Assembly (NCBI GenBank): GCA_951406725.2
Contig: OX597814.1
Location: 11,160,001 to 11,224,000 of the forward strand
Direction: 5' to 3'
Length of the DNA stretch: 64,000 nucleotides
Source: Octopus vulgaris
Lineage: Eukaryota
Of the stretch, positions 13,420 to 26,839 are shown in pieces. The translations under genes and the position numbers were made by a program. Positions within the stretch are counted from its first letter, which is position 1, and the number at the start of each line of letters is the position of its first letter. The notes under the pieces were generated by a model that saw nothing but the letters and a program-made list of their open reading frames with translations, did not search any database and was not told where the DNA came from.

Positions 13420-13655
13420 ATACATAGAAGCACATAATACTTTATGAGTACAAAAAAGGAAATTCTGCAGCCGAAGTGACTCGAAACATACACTCAGTTT
13501 ATGGGATAGAATTCTTCAATGAAAGAACCTGCAGAAGATGGTTTGCAAAATTCAGAAGTGGAGATTTCAGCCTTGAAGATGATGATCGAACAGGACGTCC
13601 AGTTGAGTTTGATGATAAGCTCCTTGAGGTATTACTTGAAGGAAATCTTTCATTA
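13420..13655 (+). pseudogene. mariner transposase N-terminal fragment
   Basis: HIILYEYKKGNSAAEVTRNIHSVYG..ERTCRRWFAKFRSGDFSLEDDDRTGRP. A mariner TIR-like string (aactacttcagcaccaacct) lies near 13279-13298. Confidence 0.9.
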
Positions 13656-13657
13656 TA

Positions 13658-13816
13658 AATTATTCGGTAGCCAAGATAAAACTGAGTTTCGGATGCTGAG
13701 GTGGAAATCCACAGCACCGTCTCTTCGGTTATCTGGCCAGATAACCGAAGAGATGGTGTTGTGGATTTCCACATCTGCATCCGAAACTCAGAGTTTTATC
13801 TTGGCTACCAATAATT
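13658..13816. mobile_element. loop-less palindrome with a hammerhead motif on each strand
   Basis: Centre ctgg|ccag at 13736/13737. Plus strand reads agataa-CCGAAGA-gatg..catc-c-GAAAC-TCAGA-GTT-ttatct. Confidence 0.8.
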
Positions 13817-13900
13817 GTCACATATTATTTTACAGATAAATTTCCTCTATTTACATAATATTGAGGTCTCTTTCTTTCTTTTGTTATCTTACCGTTTTTA

Positions 13901-13942
<42 letters not shown>

Positions 13943-13943
<1 letters not shown>

Positions 13944-14323
13944 TAGCAGTATCGCCCGGCGTTGCTCAGGTTTGTAAGGGAAATAACTATAAAGCATTTT
14001 TAGAGAGTTGTAGCCACAAAATAGCAAAAAATGGAAAAAAATAATGGTAAATTTTTTTGAGAGTAAAAAAAGGTGGAGTTGTGTCCCCTAGACAGTTTGC
14101 GGTTTGTGTTTCTGATTCTCGACCCCATGTCGAATTTATCGATTTTTTTTCAGAACTGGGTGAACTTTTCAAAATTTTCGCTGCGTTAGTTTTGAATTAT
14201 GACATTGGGCTATGTGTGTGTCAAGTTTCATCAGAATCGGTTGAAAGCCGTGGTCAGGGTGAGGGTACAAGCAAACAGACACACAGAAACACGCACAGAC
14301 AAACTACCGTTTATATAAAGAGA
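13943..14323 (-). mobile_element. non-autonomous Helitron
   Basis: Minus strand starts 5'-TCTCTTTATATAAAC, has a (GTCT/GT)n microsatellite, and ends gagcaacgccgggcgatactgCTAG; inserted between A and T. Confidence 0.8.
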
Positions 14324-14777
14324 TATATATATATATATATGCATCAAGTGAGACAGAATGAAAGTCAATAACTCTCAGTCTCTACACACTCATGCACACA
14401 TGTATATGTTTATATGAGTGTCATTTACTCACATGTATGTCCACATGGGAATAATATACAGCTATAAAATATCTAATATGCTACGAAGATGCTATGAAGT
14501 GTATTGAACCTGCGACCCCGCGGTTGGTGGGCGAAGTCTTTACCCATTTGCTCATTTAACTATTTTAACTATATATACGTACGCCCATGTTTATCTCCAT
14601 ATATCATCTATCCATTGTACAGATTGAGATTTTATTGCCGCGAAGATGGAAACACTTTTCTTTATAAAGCAAAAAGAAAAAAAGAAAGAGCAAACTAAAA
14701 AAAAAACAAAAAACAAAAAAAAAAATTAACTGAGACCCAGTGCATAGGAGAAGCGCAGCAGAAAATGGTAAAGAAGC

Positions 14778-14809
<32 letters not shown>

Positions 14810-14810
14810 T

Positions 14811-14879
<69 letters not shown>

Positions 14880-14953
14880 CACACGCACACACACATGCGT
14901 ATAATAGAAAGGCAACAGAAAATGGTAAAGAAGGTATATTCATATATATACAT

Positions 14954-15022
<69 letters not shown>

Positions 15023-15032
15023 CACACATGAG

Positions 15033-15063
<31 letters not shown>

Positions 15064-15972
15064 CTAAGAATGTTTTCTTATATCCGCCATTTCTTCCAGC
15101 ACACCTCCAACGCTGATATCTTTCGAAGAATGTATTTATGGTTGCTCTCTAGTGTTAAAACCAAGACACAGGAATCAGCAAACATCCTACTGAGCATTAG
15201 ATATACCGATAACCCACTCTATTGTTCTTGTTGTTACTGTTACTGCTGTTGTTGTTGCTGCTGCTACTGCTGGTAGTAGTAGCAGTAGAAGTGTTGAAGT
15301 CGATATTTTTGTTGCTGTTGTTATCATTCGTATTCTCTTTTCATTTCTTTATTTTTTTCTTTTTTCATTTTTGCTCTGTGTTGTTGCTACTTGTGAGACA
15401 TATAGGTTATCACATCTGAGAAAGGCATGTTATACGACCGTTGTTTTGAGGCTGGCGTTTAATATATCTATTAGATCTACTTAAACTGTTATTAGAAGAG
15501 TCAGAGATGAAATTTAGCAGATAGATTCCTACCCACTGTATCTATCTTTCCCGAATGCGCTTATGTATATATGTGTATGATTAAATATGCATACGCTCAC
15601 ATCTATATACATACACACAGTCACACAAACTCACACACACATATATAAATACATATATATATGCATATTAATCCGCGTGCATTTATATACGCAGATGCAA
15701 TATATATGTGTATGTCTGTGTCTGTGTATATATATATATATGTATAAGTATATATATATATATATATATATATACACGCATGCATACATATATATATTCA
15801 TATGTACACATGAATACATACACAAACACGCGCACGCGCACGCATGCCCCCCACACATACCCACACATATATATGTATATGCATTTACATACATATACGT
15901 ATATACTTATATGCATCTATCTGTGTATGTGTGTGTTTGTGTGTGTGAGTGTGTGTGTGTGTGTCTGTGTCT

Positions 15973-16012
<40 letters not shown>

Positions 16013-16789
16013 CTTATGGCTGTCTGAGATTCGATGATGAATTTCTCCATCTTCATTTCTATCCTTTGCTTGATGAATATGTACATGCGATTCAAGACAA
16101 ATACGCAAAGTATAGATTCGAGGTCAAATCGGATGCGGATGAAAAACTTATCCTGTGATTGAATTTGGCAATGGTGACGTGTCATCTTCGTTCACCCTGC
16201 TGTATAGTTCATTCCGATTTAAAATGTTGCTTCCCATTATATGTAACAATTTCAACAAACTTACGTATCAGTATCGAGTCCGTTGAGAATTGCACATGCA
16301 ACGAAAATGCGCTCCAGTTGGTTTTCCCAATTTTATTAGAGCCCCTGTGTTGATGAGAGTCATGTATTAGTTCACCCATCGAGCAAGCACTATTCTTGAC
16401 AGATGGGATTTCTTGATACAGATTAGGTATTTGGTCCACCGGAGAATGTACTGATGAATCGCGTGCTCTTGGAAGTTTCAGCATGAGGGGTATTGTCTTA
16501 TCCTTAGAGAGTTCAAATACACATTGCAAACAGCGCATGTAGGATGTTTCCGATATCCTGATATACTTAAGGCGGCAAACCGACAGAATCATTTGCATGA
16601 TCGGGCAAAATGCTAAGTATCATTTTGTCCGTCTTTACGTTCAGAGTTCAAATTCCACTGAGATCTACTTTGCTGTTCATCCTTTCGGGGACGATAAAAC
16701 AGTTATCAGTTGATTACTGGGGTCGATATAATCAACTCACCCCTCCCCTAAAATTGCTGTTCTTGACCAATATTTGAAATCAATATTCT

Positions 16790-17280
16790 GATTTGCTTCT
16801 ACAAGAGCGTCCACTTTTTGCACCAATATAACAGGGATGAATAACTGACAACGCTTTCGTGAAAAAAAAGGTGAAGTTTCCGGTTCGAGATGACACGTTT
16901 CAAAAAGCGTCCAAACGTCGAAGGGCGCTCTTTGATTGTTACAGATGATACTTCCAAGATTCAAAATATCATAGGTGTAGCCTAATTCTTGATTTTTAAG
17001 AAGATTTGGATGATAATGTCTGAAAGGAGTTTGCAATGTAAGAGTCTTCTGAATATTTAACTCGTTACATCCCTAATCGGTTTTTTTCCCCAACTATTGC
17101 CGAAATACAAATATTATACTGTTTGTGTTGCACTGAGATGAGGAGCTGACTTGAAACTGAAGAAGTGCTCTTGAAACTGTCATGGAAGGGTGGCTTAGAA
17201 ATAGGATGCGAGCGATTTTTTTTTCTTTCTTGCAACACATAAAAGAGATACGCCACGGTTGTTACTGCAATCAGTATCTA
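16790..17280 (-). pseudogene. ancient LINE RT C-terminal remnant (tentative; may extend to about 16010)
   Basis: ELGYTYDILNLGSIICNN resembles the post-RT xYLGSxI motif; heavily decayed. Confidence 0.3.
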
Positions 17281-17722
17281 CAACTTTCTTTTTGCAAACA
17301 TGTATTTTAAAATTGTATCTTAAATTGTATCTTACCTAAGTGTATTGAAAAATGATAATAATATAAGATAACGTTAGACAATACAAAACTGCATTAGTTT
17401 TCAAATATGGATATTTAGTTGTTGTAATACAGTTTACACTGACCAATCGAGAGTGAAAGAAAAAGTAAAAGTCTTTGTCTTAATACTATATAGACGGACA
17501 ATTTAACCAGACGATGAGAAATGATTGCGCAACAATGCGGCTCTGTCAGAGAATGTAATAATTGTTTTATTACTCCGCAGTTCGGGAAATTTTTTTTCTC
17601 AAAAAATATTTTCATGTTTGTCCCAGTTTTCTCCGAATCACCTCGTTAAGATAGTGTTTTGTGGCTATCGAGTGACGTATTTATTTCTGCCTTTAGGTTG
17701 TAAAATTGCGAACTAGCCACCC

Positions 17723-17784
<62 letters not shown>

Positions 17785-17785
<1 letters not shown>

Positions 17786-18086
17786 CACCGTGATCACCGT
17801 GACCGACCAGGCTATCAGATGTTGCTACACAATGCGCTTCGCATTATTTTAGCCTTCAAATGACGCCACCCCGCTGGCTAAGCGAGCAGGCCAACAGAAG
17901 AAGGAGTGAGAGAAAGTTGTGGCGAAAGAGTACAGCAGGGATCGCCATCACCTCATGCAGGAGTCTCGTGGAGCTTTAGGTGTTTTCGCTCAATAAACAA
18001 TCACAACGCCCGGTCTGGGAATCGAAACCGCGATCCTACAACCGCGAGTTCGCTACCCCAAACCACTGGGCCATTGCGCCTCCTCC
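17785..18086 (-). mobile_element. tRNA(Arg)-like SINE (family A2, tail 1)
   Basis: Head ggaggcgcaatggcccagtggtt..actcgcgg..ggtttcgattccc is shared with the copies at 38500 and 47114. Confidence 0.85.
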
Positions 18087-18159
<73 letters not shown>

Positions 18160-18165
<6 letters not shown>

Positions 18166-18422
18166 AAAATACAAACTGGGACAAGAACGCAAAACATTTA
18201 GGAGACGATACATTCGAAGCCTTCAATCTTCAGTCAAGAAGCGGATCATCCTCGCAATTTCGGCTGGTTAATCTTGAGATTGCTCCAATCTGGCCAGCCC
18301 CAAGGAAAAACTAAGCTAAGAACATTAGATTCCTTTGAAGAAAGCTTCGAATGTATACAAAACAAGGACGGAAAAACGGACGATGTTACACGAATATGAA
18401 TACAGAAATAATACGTAAAAAC

Positions 18423-18454
<32 letters not shown>

Positions 18455-19100
18455 GTAGAAACAATAATAATAATAAAATAACAATAACAGGATATCACAA
18501 ACAGGATATCACAAACAGACGTCTTTCGACTAGACGGATTAAGCTCAGCTGGCGTGTTAGGAATGTGCCTTGGGGCAGAGAAAAAAAATATTGATGTTAC
18601 CGCTACCGCTGCTAGACCCGAAAAGGCCAGCAGTCGGTCAGTCAGTCACGTGTGAAGAGAAGTGAGAGGAAAAGAGGGACAGAGGAATTAAGGAGGGGGA
18701 GAAGAGCGAGAAAAAGAGGAACAAGGAATTAAGGAGGAGGAGAAGAGAGAGAGAGCGAGAAAAAGAGACAGGGGCAAAGTGAAGTGCAAAGTGAGAAAGG
18801 CGAAGTAATGTAGGAGAGGGGGAGAGAGACAGAGTCGTACCAAGTTTAGAGAAATGTGTACTTACATATAAGAGACAGGGTACGTACGCCGCTATATATA
18901 TATACATATATGTATAAAAATACAAACTGGGACAAGAACGCAAAACGTTTAGGAGACGATACAAAAAACACAGACGGGACATTCGAAGCCTTCAATCTTC
19001 AGTCAAGAACCGGATCATCCTCGCAATTTCGGCTGATTAATCTTGAGATTGATCCAATCTGGCCATCCCCAAGGAAAAACTAAGCTAAGCGCATTAGATT

Positions 19101-19103
<3 letters not shown>
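18160..19103 (-). mobile_element. duplicated PLE-type terminal repeats flanking a purine-rich segment
   Basis: 18160-18335 is repeated at 18911-19103. Further copies at 20735-20863, 44960-45072 and 62805-62912 (opposite strand). Confidence 0.6.
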
Positions 19104-19164
<61 letters not shown>

Positions 19165-19199
19165 TTTATTTACATATATACATATATGTGTCCTTCATT

Positions 19200-19910
19200 A
19201 TCCATGACCTCATCTCCTCCTCCCGTCTCCCCCACCGCCCCTAACTTCATTGTCCGCACCCCTCGCACTTTAATTTACTTCTTCCCCAAAATACACAGAC
19301 CTAACAACCCTGGCCGTCTCATCGTCTCCTCCTGCAACTGCCTCACCGAACTCATCTCCAGATATTTTGACCGTGTCCTTGCCCCGCTAGTGGCTTCCCT
19401 CCCCTGTCTCGTCTATGACACCAACCAAGCTCTTCGTTTGTTCAACTCTTTCTCTTTCCCTCCTGGCCCATCTAAACTTCTCTTCACTCTTGACATCGAG
19501 AGTCTATACACGGTGATCTCTCACCACGAGGGGATGCATGCACTCCAACATTTACTTGACCTTCGACCCAACCTCCAACCTGACATCCATATTCCTTCGT
19601 CTGGCCGAACTTGTCCTCCCACTTCACTACTTCTCGTTCGTGGGTGATTTTTACCAGCACGCCTCGGGAGTGGCCATGGGAACGAGAATGGGACCCAACT
19701 ATTCGAACCTGTTCGTTGGCTACGTTGAGGCCCAAATACTCTCAAGTTTCACTGGTCCAACTCCTGAACTATACGGTCGTTATATTGACGACCGTATCGG
19801 TGCGAACGTACTGTCCCGCGAACATCTAGATTCATTCCTCTCTTTTGTCAAACCTTTCCATCCTGTCTTCTACTTCTCCAGCACTATATCCGAGATCTTA
19901 GTCTCCTCTC
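19200..19910 (+). pseudogene. Penelope-like element reverse transcriptase (frameshifted)
   Basis: YFFPKIHRPNNPGRLIVS, LFTLDIESLYT, GVAMGTRMGPNYSNLFVG, YGRYIDD; frameshift near 19580. Confidence 0.92.
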
Positions 19911-20489
19911 TTGCTCTGGCACCTACTTCCTCTCTTCACTCTTACCCACCTTCTCCACTCCACCCTCACCCATCATAGTCACCCCTACAATTCCACCCCT
20001 ACCATCCCTATGCATCCCATCCAACCCTCACCCCATTCCTTAGACCCACACTTGTTTCCCCCAGTCTCGTCTCCCCCACACCCCAAAACTACCACTCCAC
20101 ACCACACATCACCACACACTAGCACTGACCACTTTCGAGCACCCACACCACACACCACCACACCCCAAAACCACCACTTCACACCACACACAAGCACTGA
20201 CCACTTTCCAGCACCCACACCACACACCACCACACCACACATACCACAACACATCACACCATCCCGCACACACTAGCAATGGCCACTTCCCTGCACCCAC
20301 ATCAGCGCACGCACTAGCACTGACACCATCATCCACATACCTACACATGCACACACGCACACGTCAATGTCACCAGCCCCCTTCCACACGCACGCACACG
20401 CACATACACGCTCTCACATACACACGCATGCGCACATTCATTTTGGGATCACTACTACTTTATTATCTCCCCTTCTTTCTAGCTCTCCT

Positions 20490-20694
20490 ATGTGACCACT
20501 CTGTCCGGCATTCGCCATGATAGATCGCTAGCCACTAAACCTTTTTCTATTTTCTCTCTCTCTTCATTTCTGTGTTCGTTTCTGTCAAAGAGCGTAGGCT
20601 CGAAACGTAAAAGACTTTCTCACTTTCCGAGCGTTAAACTAATTCATCTGTTTCTGGTTTACGTCTTTTGTTTTCTTTCTTTTTTTGTAAATTC

Positions 20695-20700
<6 letters not shown>
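20490..20700 (+). mobile_element. PLE pLTR with HHR-like motif, 3' of the RT
   Basis: ttt-CTGTCAA-agagc-gtag-gctc-GAAAC-GTA-aaa at 20579-20613; ends at (TA)n. Confidence 0.75.
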
Positions 20701-20736
<36 letters not shown>

Positions 20737-20885
20737 GGTATGTAGAAAAATACAACATGGACAAGAACGTATAACTCTTAGAAGACGATACAATAAACAC
20801 TGACAGGACATTCGAAACCCTCAGTCTTCAGTCAAGAACCGGATCATCGTAGTAATTTCGGCTATATATATATATATATGTTGGC

Positions 20886-21037
20886 ACAGGCGTGGTTGTG
20901 AGGTATGAAGATGCAACCACATGGTTCAGGGTTCAGTTCCACTGCGTTGCACCTTGGGCAAGTGCCTTCTACTACAACCTCAGACTGATATATGTTTTCT
21001 TAGTATATTTGGTAGACTGAAACTGAAAGAAGCCCGT

Positions 21038-21098
<61 letters not shown>

Positions 21099-21886
21099 AC
21101 GTGCGTTTGTGTGTGTGTCTTTGTTCCTATGTTTGTCCTGTACCACCGTTTGGCAACCGGTGTTGTCATGTTTACGTTTCCATAACTTTGTAGTTCGGCA
21201 AAAAAGACCGATAGAATAAGTCTTCTTTTTTATATACCCAAGCTTATTCCCCATTTTTTAGGAGGGGGTAGCCACAACAGGACACACACAATGCATTCCA
21301 TTCATTTCCCACCTCAAGGGACGAGCCGCATTTTATGCTCGGGTCAAGACATAGAACACAACCCCTAATATCAGTAGTGGGACCCGACAGCATATGCTAA
21401 TTTACCCCCGCCACATCTTGCTAGTCCCGTACCCCTTTAAGCAACATCAATATTCACTCATCCATCCACAAACACTCTCCAAGCTTTCCTATCATTTATA
21501 AACTCTCATGTCACTCTTACTCCAACATAGCTTTCCTCACTCCATCCATTCACACTAACCAATGTCTGTCTCTATTTCTGCTGACTACCACTTCGGTCTT
21601 CATCACCCTCCTTACCATCCACTCCTCATTCATTCTCTTCATGTAGCCAAACCACCTCAATATTCGTCTATCCATTTTGGTTGTTAGTTTTTCTTTCATT
21701 CCTGCTTGCTTTCGCACCTCATCATTCCTCATCCTGTCCAACCGTGTCATACAAACCATAGCTCTCAAACAACTCTAGGCTTAAAAAAAGTCCTGATGTC
21801 GATTTGTTCGGTTAAAACCCTTAAAGGTGGTGCCCCAACATGGCCGCAGTCAAATAACCGAAACACGTAGAAAGATTAAAAGATAA
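20886..21886 (+). mobile_element. SINE family B split by an RTE insertion
   Basis: The consensus aataagt|actaggctt is interrupted between about 21221 and 21775. Confidence 0.75.
21225..21775 (-). mobile_element. RTE-clade LINE 3' fragment
   Basis: TRLDRMRNDEVRKQAG..DRRILRWFGYMKRMNEEWMVRRV is a typical RTE ORF C-terminus; followed by a 3' UTR. Confidence 0.85.
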
Positions 21887-21915
21887 AAGCCATATAAAAG
21901 TCATATATGTATAAA

Positions 21916-22742
21916 TCTCTATATATAAAACTCAACTTGTGTGTCTGTGTGTGTATCTGTGTGTGTCTGTGTGTTTAACTTCCCGGCACATCTCCTACTA
22001 GCCAACAAATCGGAGAACCACAAAAAATGGGTCACTTAAAGTTTAGGCGAATGAAAATTGAACTGCGCTATTTCTGTTCCGAAATTCATCTCGCAAGTGC
22101 AAAAATCGATAATGTGTTTGTTTAGGCCTTATCCCATGCATTGAATAGTGAACTTTACTCAGTCAGCTGTTTGACGTGAACTGTGTTCACCACGCGTGAA
22201 AGCATGCGTAAATTGCATGAAAAATAAAAAAATCAAGATATAAAAACGAATCGCCGTGAGCATTGTAGAAATTCGGCAAAGAAATGAATTTTCGGGATGT
22301 AGCCTGGAGGGTTTTTTCGAATTAATCGTTTGGACTTTGTGAACACATAACAATTGTTTTCATAACATTTTTAACGCTTTGAATTACATGTGACCATTTT
22401 GCGTTGAGTCTTCAGTTTGAATCACTTTAACCAAATTTTAGCTGGCCGGATTTTTGATCATCACGATACATCGCCAACGACTCCCTGAAACTCTCCCCTG
22501 AAATGCCCGTTGAGAAATACTGATCTAAAAGAATAATTCAACAATGCAATTATTTGATCAATAAAAATTTATGAAACGCTTCTACGTACTTCCTATCGAG
22601 GAAATGGAACACATAAGCGTAAAAATAGAGGGCGTTAAATGCTTGATTTTAAAACCAAAATAATTGAATTTTGATTGAACTTCATCCAAGTTTAGCTTAA
22701 TTCGCGCGTGCATAGAACGCACGAGCCGGGCAATACTGCTAG
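21916..22742 (+). mobile_element. non-autonomous Helitron
   Basis: Starts 5'-TCTCTATATATAAAAC, has a (GTCT/GT)n tract and subterminal hairpin cgtgc..gcacg, ends gccgggcaatactgCTAG|t. Confidence 0.8.
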
Positions 22743-22967
22743 TATATATATATATATAGCACGGAATTATGTCAGTGAACAGGTCGCGGTCTCAAAGTGA
22801 CGAAAATATTTTGGCAAATTAAATTTAAATGTTGAAGTAAATCTGACGGTCTTTGTGTGTTTTTTAAGGGGCTTATAAACACCTTCCACGCTGCAATTGT
22901 TTTCGTTCCACCACACCATCTCATATCGGGTCACTTGCTATGCAAGTACATCTCTTATATACGTAAT

Positions 22968-23267
22968 TTCTTTTTCTAAGCCTGGTACTTATTGTCTCAG
23001 TCTCTTTTTTGCCGAACTGCTAGGTTAGAGGGACGTAAACAAGCCAACACTGGTTGTCATGCGCTGCGGATGGGAGGAAACACTCACAAACACAAACAAC
23101 ACACATAGATGTATACATACATTACTTTCTGTCGACCACATCCACTCACAAGGCTTTGTGCGGCCCGGATCAATAGTAGAGAACAATTGTCCAAGGTACC
23201 ATGCAATAGGATCGAAACTGGAACGATGTGGTTGGGTAGCAAACTTACAACACTGTCACGCCTGCGC

Positions 23268-23268
<1 letters not shown>
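22968..23268 (-). mobile_element. SINE family B (diverged)
   Basis: Reverse homology to 47787-48207. Confidence 0.7.
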
Positions 23269-23335
<67 letters not shown>

Positions 23336-23336
23336 G

Positions 23337-23372
<36 letters not shown>

Positions 23373-23554
23373 GATGTATATATATATGTATGTATGTATA
23401 TGTATATGCATGTGTGCCACTGTATGTGTGTATGTGTGTGCGTCTGTGTCTATATGGGTTTGTGTATCTATGTATGTATACATATATATGTATATATATA
23501 TACACGTATACGTATATATATATATATATATATATATATAGGTATACATACACA

Positions 23555-23642
<88 letters not shown>

Positions 23643-24245
23643 TATGTATATTTATACATATATATAAAACCACCTTTGTTCATCGAGGTGTGTGTAGGTG
23701 GCCAAAGGCGCTGGGCAGAGCAAAATTCAACCTTCTAGTCGCCATTTATTATAAGGATGAAGCAATGAAATATCTGTTCCGAACTGGAGATATTATCTGA
23801 TCAGTCAAACGTGAAGGACCACGTAGCAAATAATAATAACAAAATACAAGACCAGCCCACCCGGCACGGTCTCGTTTCATACTTTGATATATGTGTGTAT
23901 ATTCTCTATGAGCATAAGTGCGTGCTTATTAGTGTATATGTTTGTGTACGTGTATATCTGTTTTTCGGCGTAGATGTCTGCGCATGTCTGGGCCTTTGTT
24001 TCGTTAGTTACTTACACTTTCATACAGTGACTCAAATAAAATCCTATAATTTGCATTGAAATATGCATGCATTGATGGGTGGAGGAGTGACTGCGTGGTA
24101 AAAAAAAAAATTTGCTTCCCCAATTGCAATTTTTCCGGACTAAGTCCCACTGCGTGGCATCTTCATCTTGGGCAAGTGTCTTCTATTATAGCCTCGGACC
24201 GACCAAAGGCTAGTGAATGAAATTGTGAGACGGAAAAGAAAGCAG

Positions 24246-24301
<56 letters not shown>

Positions 24302-24389
24302 ATTTTAGTACCAGTGAAACACTGGACTCAGTGTAATCGTCTAGTTACCTCTCCAAAAATTTCAGGCCTTGTACCTATAGTAGAAAGGA

Positions 24390-24582
<193 letters not shown>

Positions 24583-26448
24583 CTTTTCACAACTTCTAAT
24601 GGGGGAGATGTACTTCGGTGTCAACTATTCACTACCAGTGAACTAAGGTAACACCACCTATTTTTCGATCACCTTCCGGTGTATTCGAGCGGTTCCAAGC
24701 AATGCTGTTTTCTGCAAGTGCTCCACCCTTATTGCAGCCCCTATTTGTTCCATGTACTTCTCGAGACTTTTATTCACTGTTCTCAGGGCTCTGACAATTG
24801 TTGGTCCCACTACCACCTTACTCATCGACCACAACTGCTTTACTTCCCAAGCTAACCTGTCATACCTATCGACTTTTCTTTCTTCCTTATCGCATACCTT
24901 GTTGTCAGCTGGGCATGCTATATTTATTATCCAGAATAGATTGATTTCTTTCTCAATTAAGACTATGTCTGACCTCCTATTCCCTATCTCATGGTTGCAC
25001 TGAATCATTTGCATTTTTATTTTCTACGATGCCTTCGGGTTTATGGTCGTACCAATTTTTTTCTCTGTCAAGACCATTCTTGCTGCAAAGTGTCCAATGG
25101 ACAAGCCTGGCTATATTGTCATGGTGTCTCATATATTTCTTCTGGGCTAGGGGTGTACATTGGCTGGTAATATGCCATACGCTTTCACCATTTTGGCCAC
25201 AGATTCTGCACTTACCACTTTCTGATGAGTTGTCTATGCTGTATTTTATGTAGTTTGTTCTTAGTGCTTGTTCTTGGGCAGCACAGATTAGGGCCTCCGA
25301 TTCCGGTTTTAGTCATCCACAGCCATTTTTTTCTCTGTCTGTCTTATCTTCAACATCCCTATGAAAGTGACCATGCATTCTTTTCTTTACTATGTTGTTT
25401 TATTTTGCTCTAAAGCTGTGTTCGCTTCCAATAAGTCCTCTTCTCTTTTTTCTTGGTACATACAGTCTGTCTGTGTCACTTTTTGGGTGGAGTGTCCCAT
25501 ATCTAGTTAGCAACTTCCTTGTCTTTCTGTCTAAGCTGTTTAGTTCGTCTACTGTCCATGCGATTACCCCTGCTCCCTATCTAAGGAGCGAAACCGCCCA
25601 GTGTTGATAGCTTCAATCTTATTCCGTCCGTTTAATTTCGACTTAAGGATCAGCCTCAGTCTGCGCAAGTACTCCACCTTAAATTTTTCTGTCATGTCTT
25701 TCTCCATCAATTTGTCCATTTCCAAAATCCCCAAGTACTTGTAGCCAGTCCCTTCTATCTGCTTCATAACCGCCCCCGACGGTGCCGTTAGCCCGTCCAT
25801 ACATTTGATTTTTGCCTCTCATCAAGATTAACACACCACACTTTCTCAGTCCGAACTCCATTCTGATATCAGCACTGAAAGTATACACCGTATCAACGAG
25901 GGAACTGACTGGGCTTCATCTTTACCATAAAGTTTGAGGTCATCCATGAATAACAAATAGTCGACTTTTTGTTGGAGGCTTTTGAATGCATACCCAGCTT
26001 TTACTTTCCTCAGTATCAGTGTTAGTGGTGTCAAGCACTGTACAAAGATCAGTGGGGACAGGCAGTCCCCTCGTAAAATGCCCCTCCTGATTTCTACAGT
26101 CCCTAAACTTCTTCCGTATGCTATCAGGTCCGTCCTCCTATTCGCCATTCTTTTTCCAAGCAATCGCTCAACATTCAATGCAATACCAAATAGGTTCATA
26201 AATTCCATTATCCAAGCGTGCGGGATCATATCGTATGCCTCACGATAGTCGATCCATGACATGGCTAAGTTACTTTTGCTCCTCTTGCAATCTCTAAGTA
26301 CAGTTTTGTCTATCAGGAGTTGGTCCTTAGTACCTCTCCACTTACACTTGCAACCCTTCTGCTCATGTGGCAGGACTCCATTTTTTTCCAGATGTTCGTA
26401 CATTGACTCTGCAAGTATTCCAGTCAATAATTTCCACATAAGTGGCAT

Positions 26449-26450
<2 letters not shown>
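24583..26450 (-). mobile_element. R4/Dong-clade non-LTR retrotransposon, 5'-truncated and frameshifted (RT + CCHC + restriction-like endonuclease)
   Basis: [97 protein letters not shown]. Confidence 0.93.
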
Positions 26451-26531
<81 letters not shown>

Positions 26532-26549
26532 TTGCTGTTGTTGTTATTA

Positions 26550-26769
26550 TTATTTCTACTCTAGGCACAAGGCCTTGAACATTTTCGGTGGGGAAAGGGG
26601 GTTAGTCGATTAAATCGACCCCAGTTCGTAACTGGTACTTATTTCATCGACCCCGAAAGGATGAAAAGCAAAGTCGACCTCTGCGGAATTTGAACTCAGA
26701 ACGTAGCAGCAGACGAAATACTCCTAAGCATTTCGCCCGGAGTACTAGCGAGTCTACCCGCTCACCGTC

Positions 26770-26770
<1 letters not shown>
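26550..26770 (-). mobile_element. SINE family C
   Basis: Reverse homology to 48291-48522. Confidence 0.8.

Positions 26771-26836
<66 letters not shown>

Positions 26837-26839
<3 letters not shown>

Noticed and set aside
16011-16158. Protein-like frame AYGCLRFDDEFLHLHFYPLL.. after an AG
   Set aside because: No polypyrimidine tract and no recognisable homology; may belong to an old LINE on the opposite strand. Needs blastx or RNA-seq.
18975-19045. CTGAAGA and GAAA boxes in the 18160-type repeat
   Set aside because: I could not build a consistent hammerhead with stems I-III.
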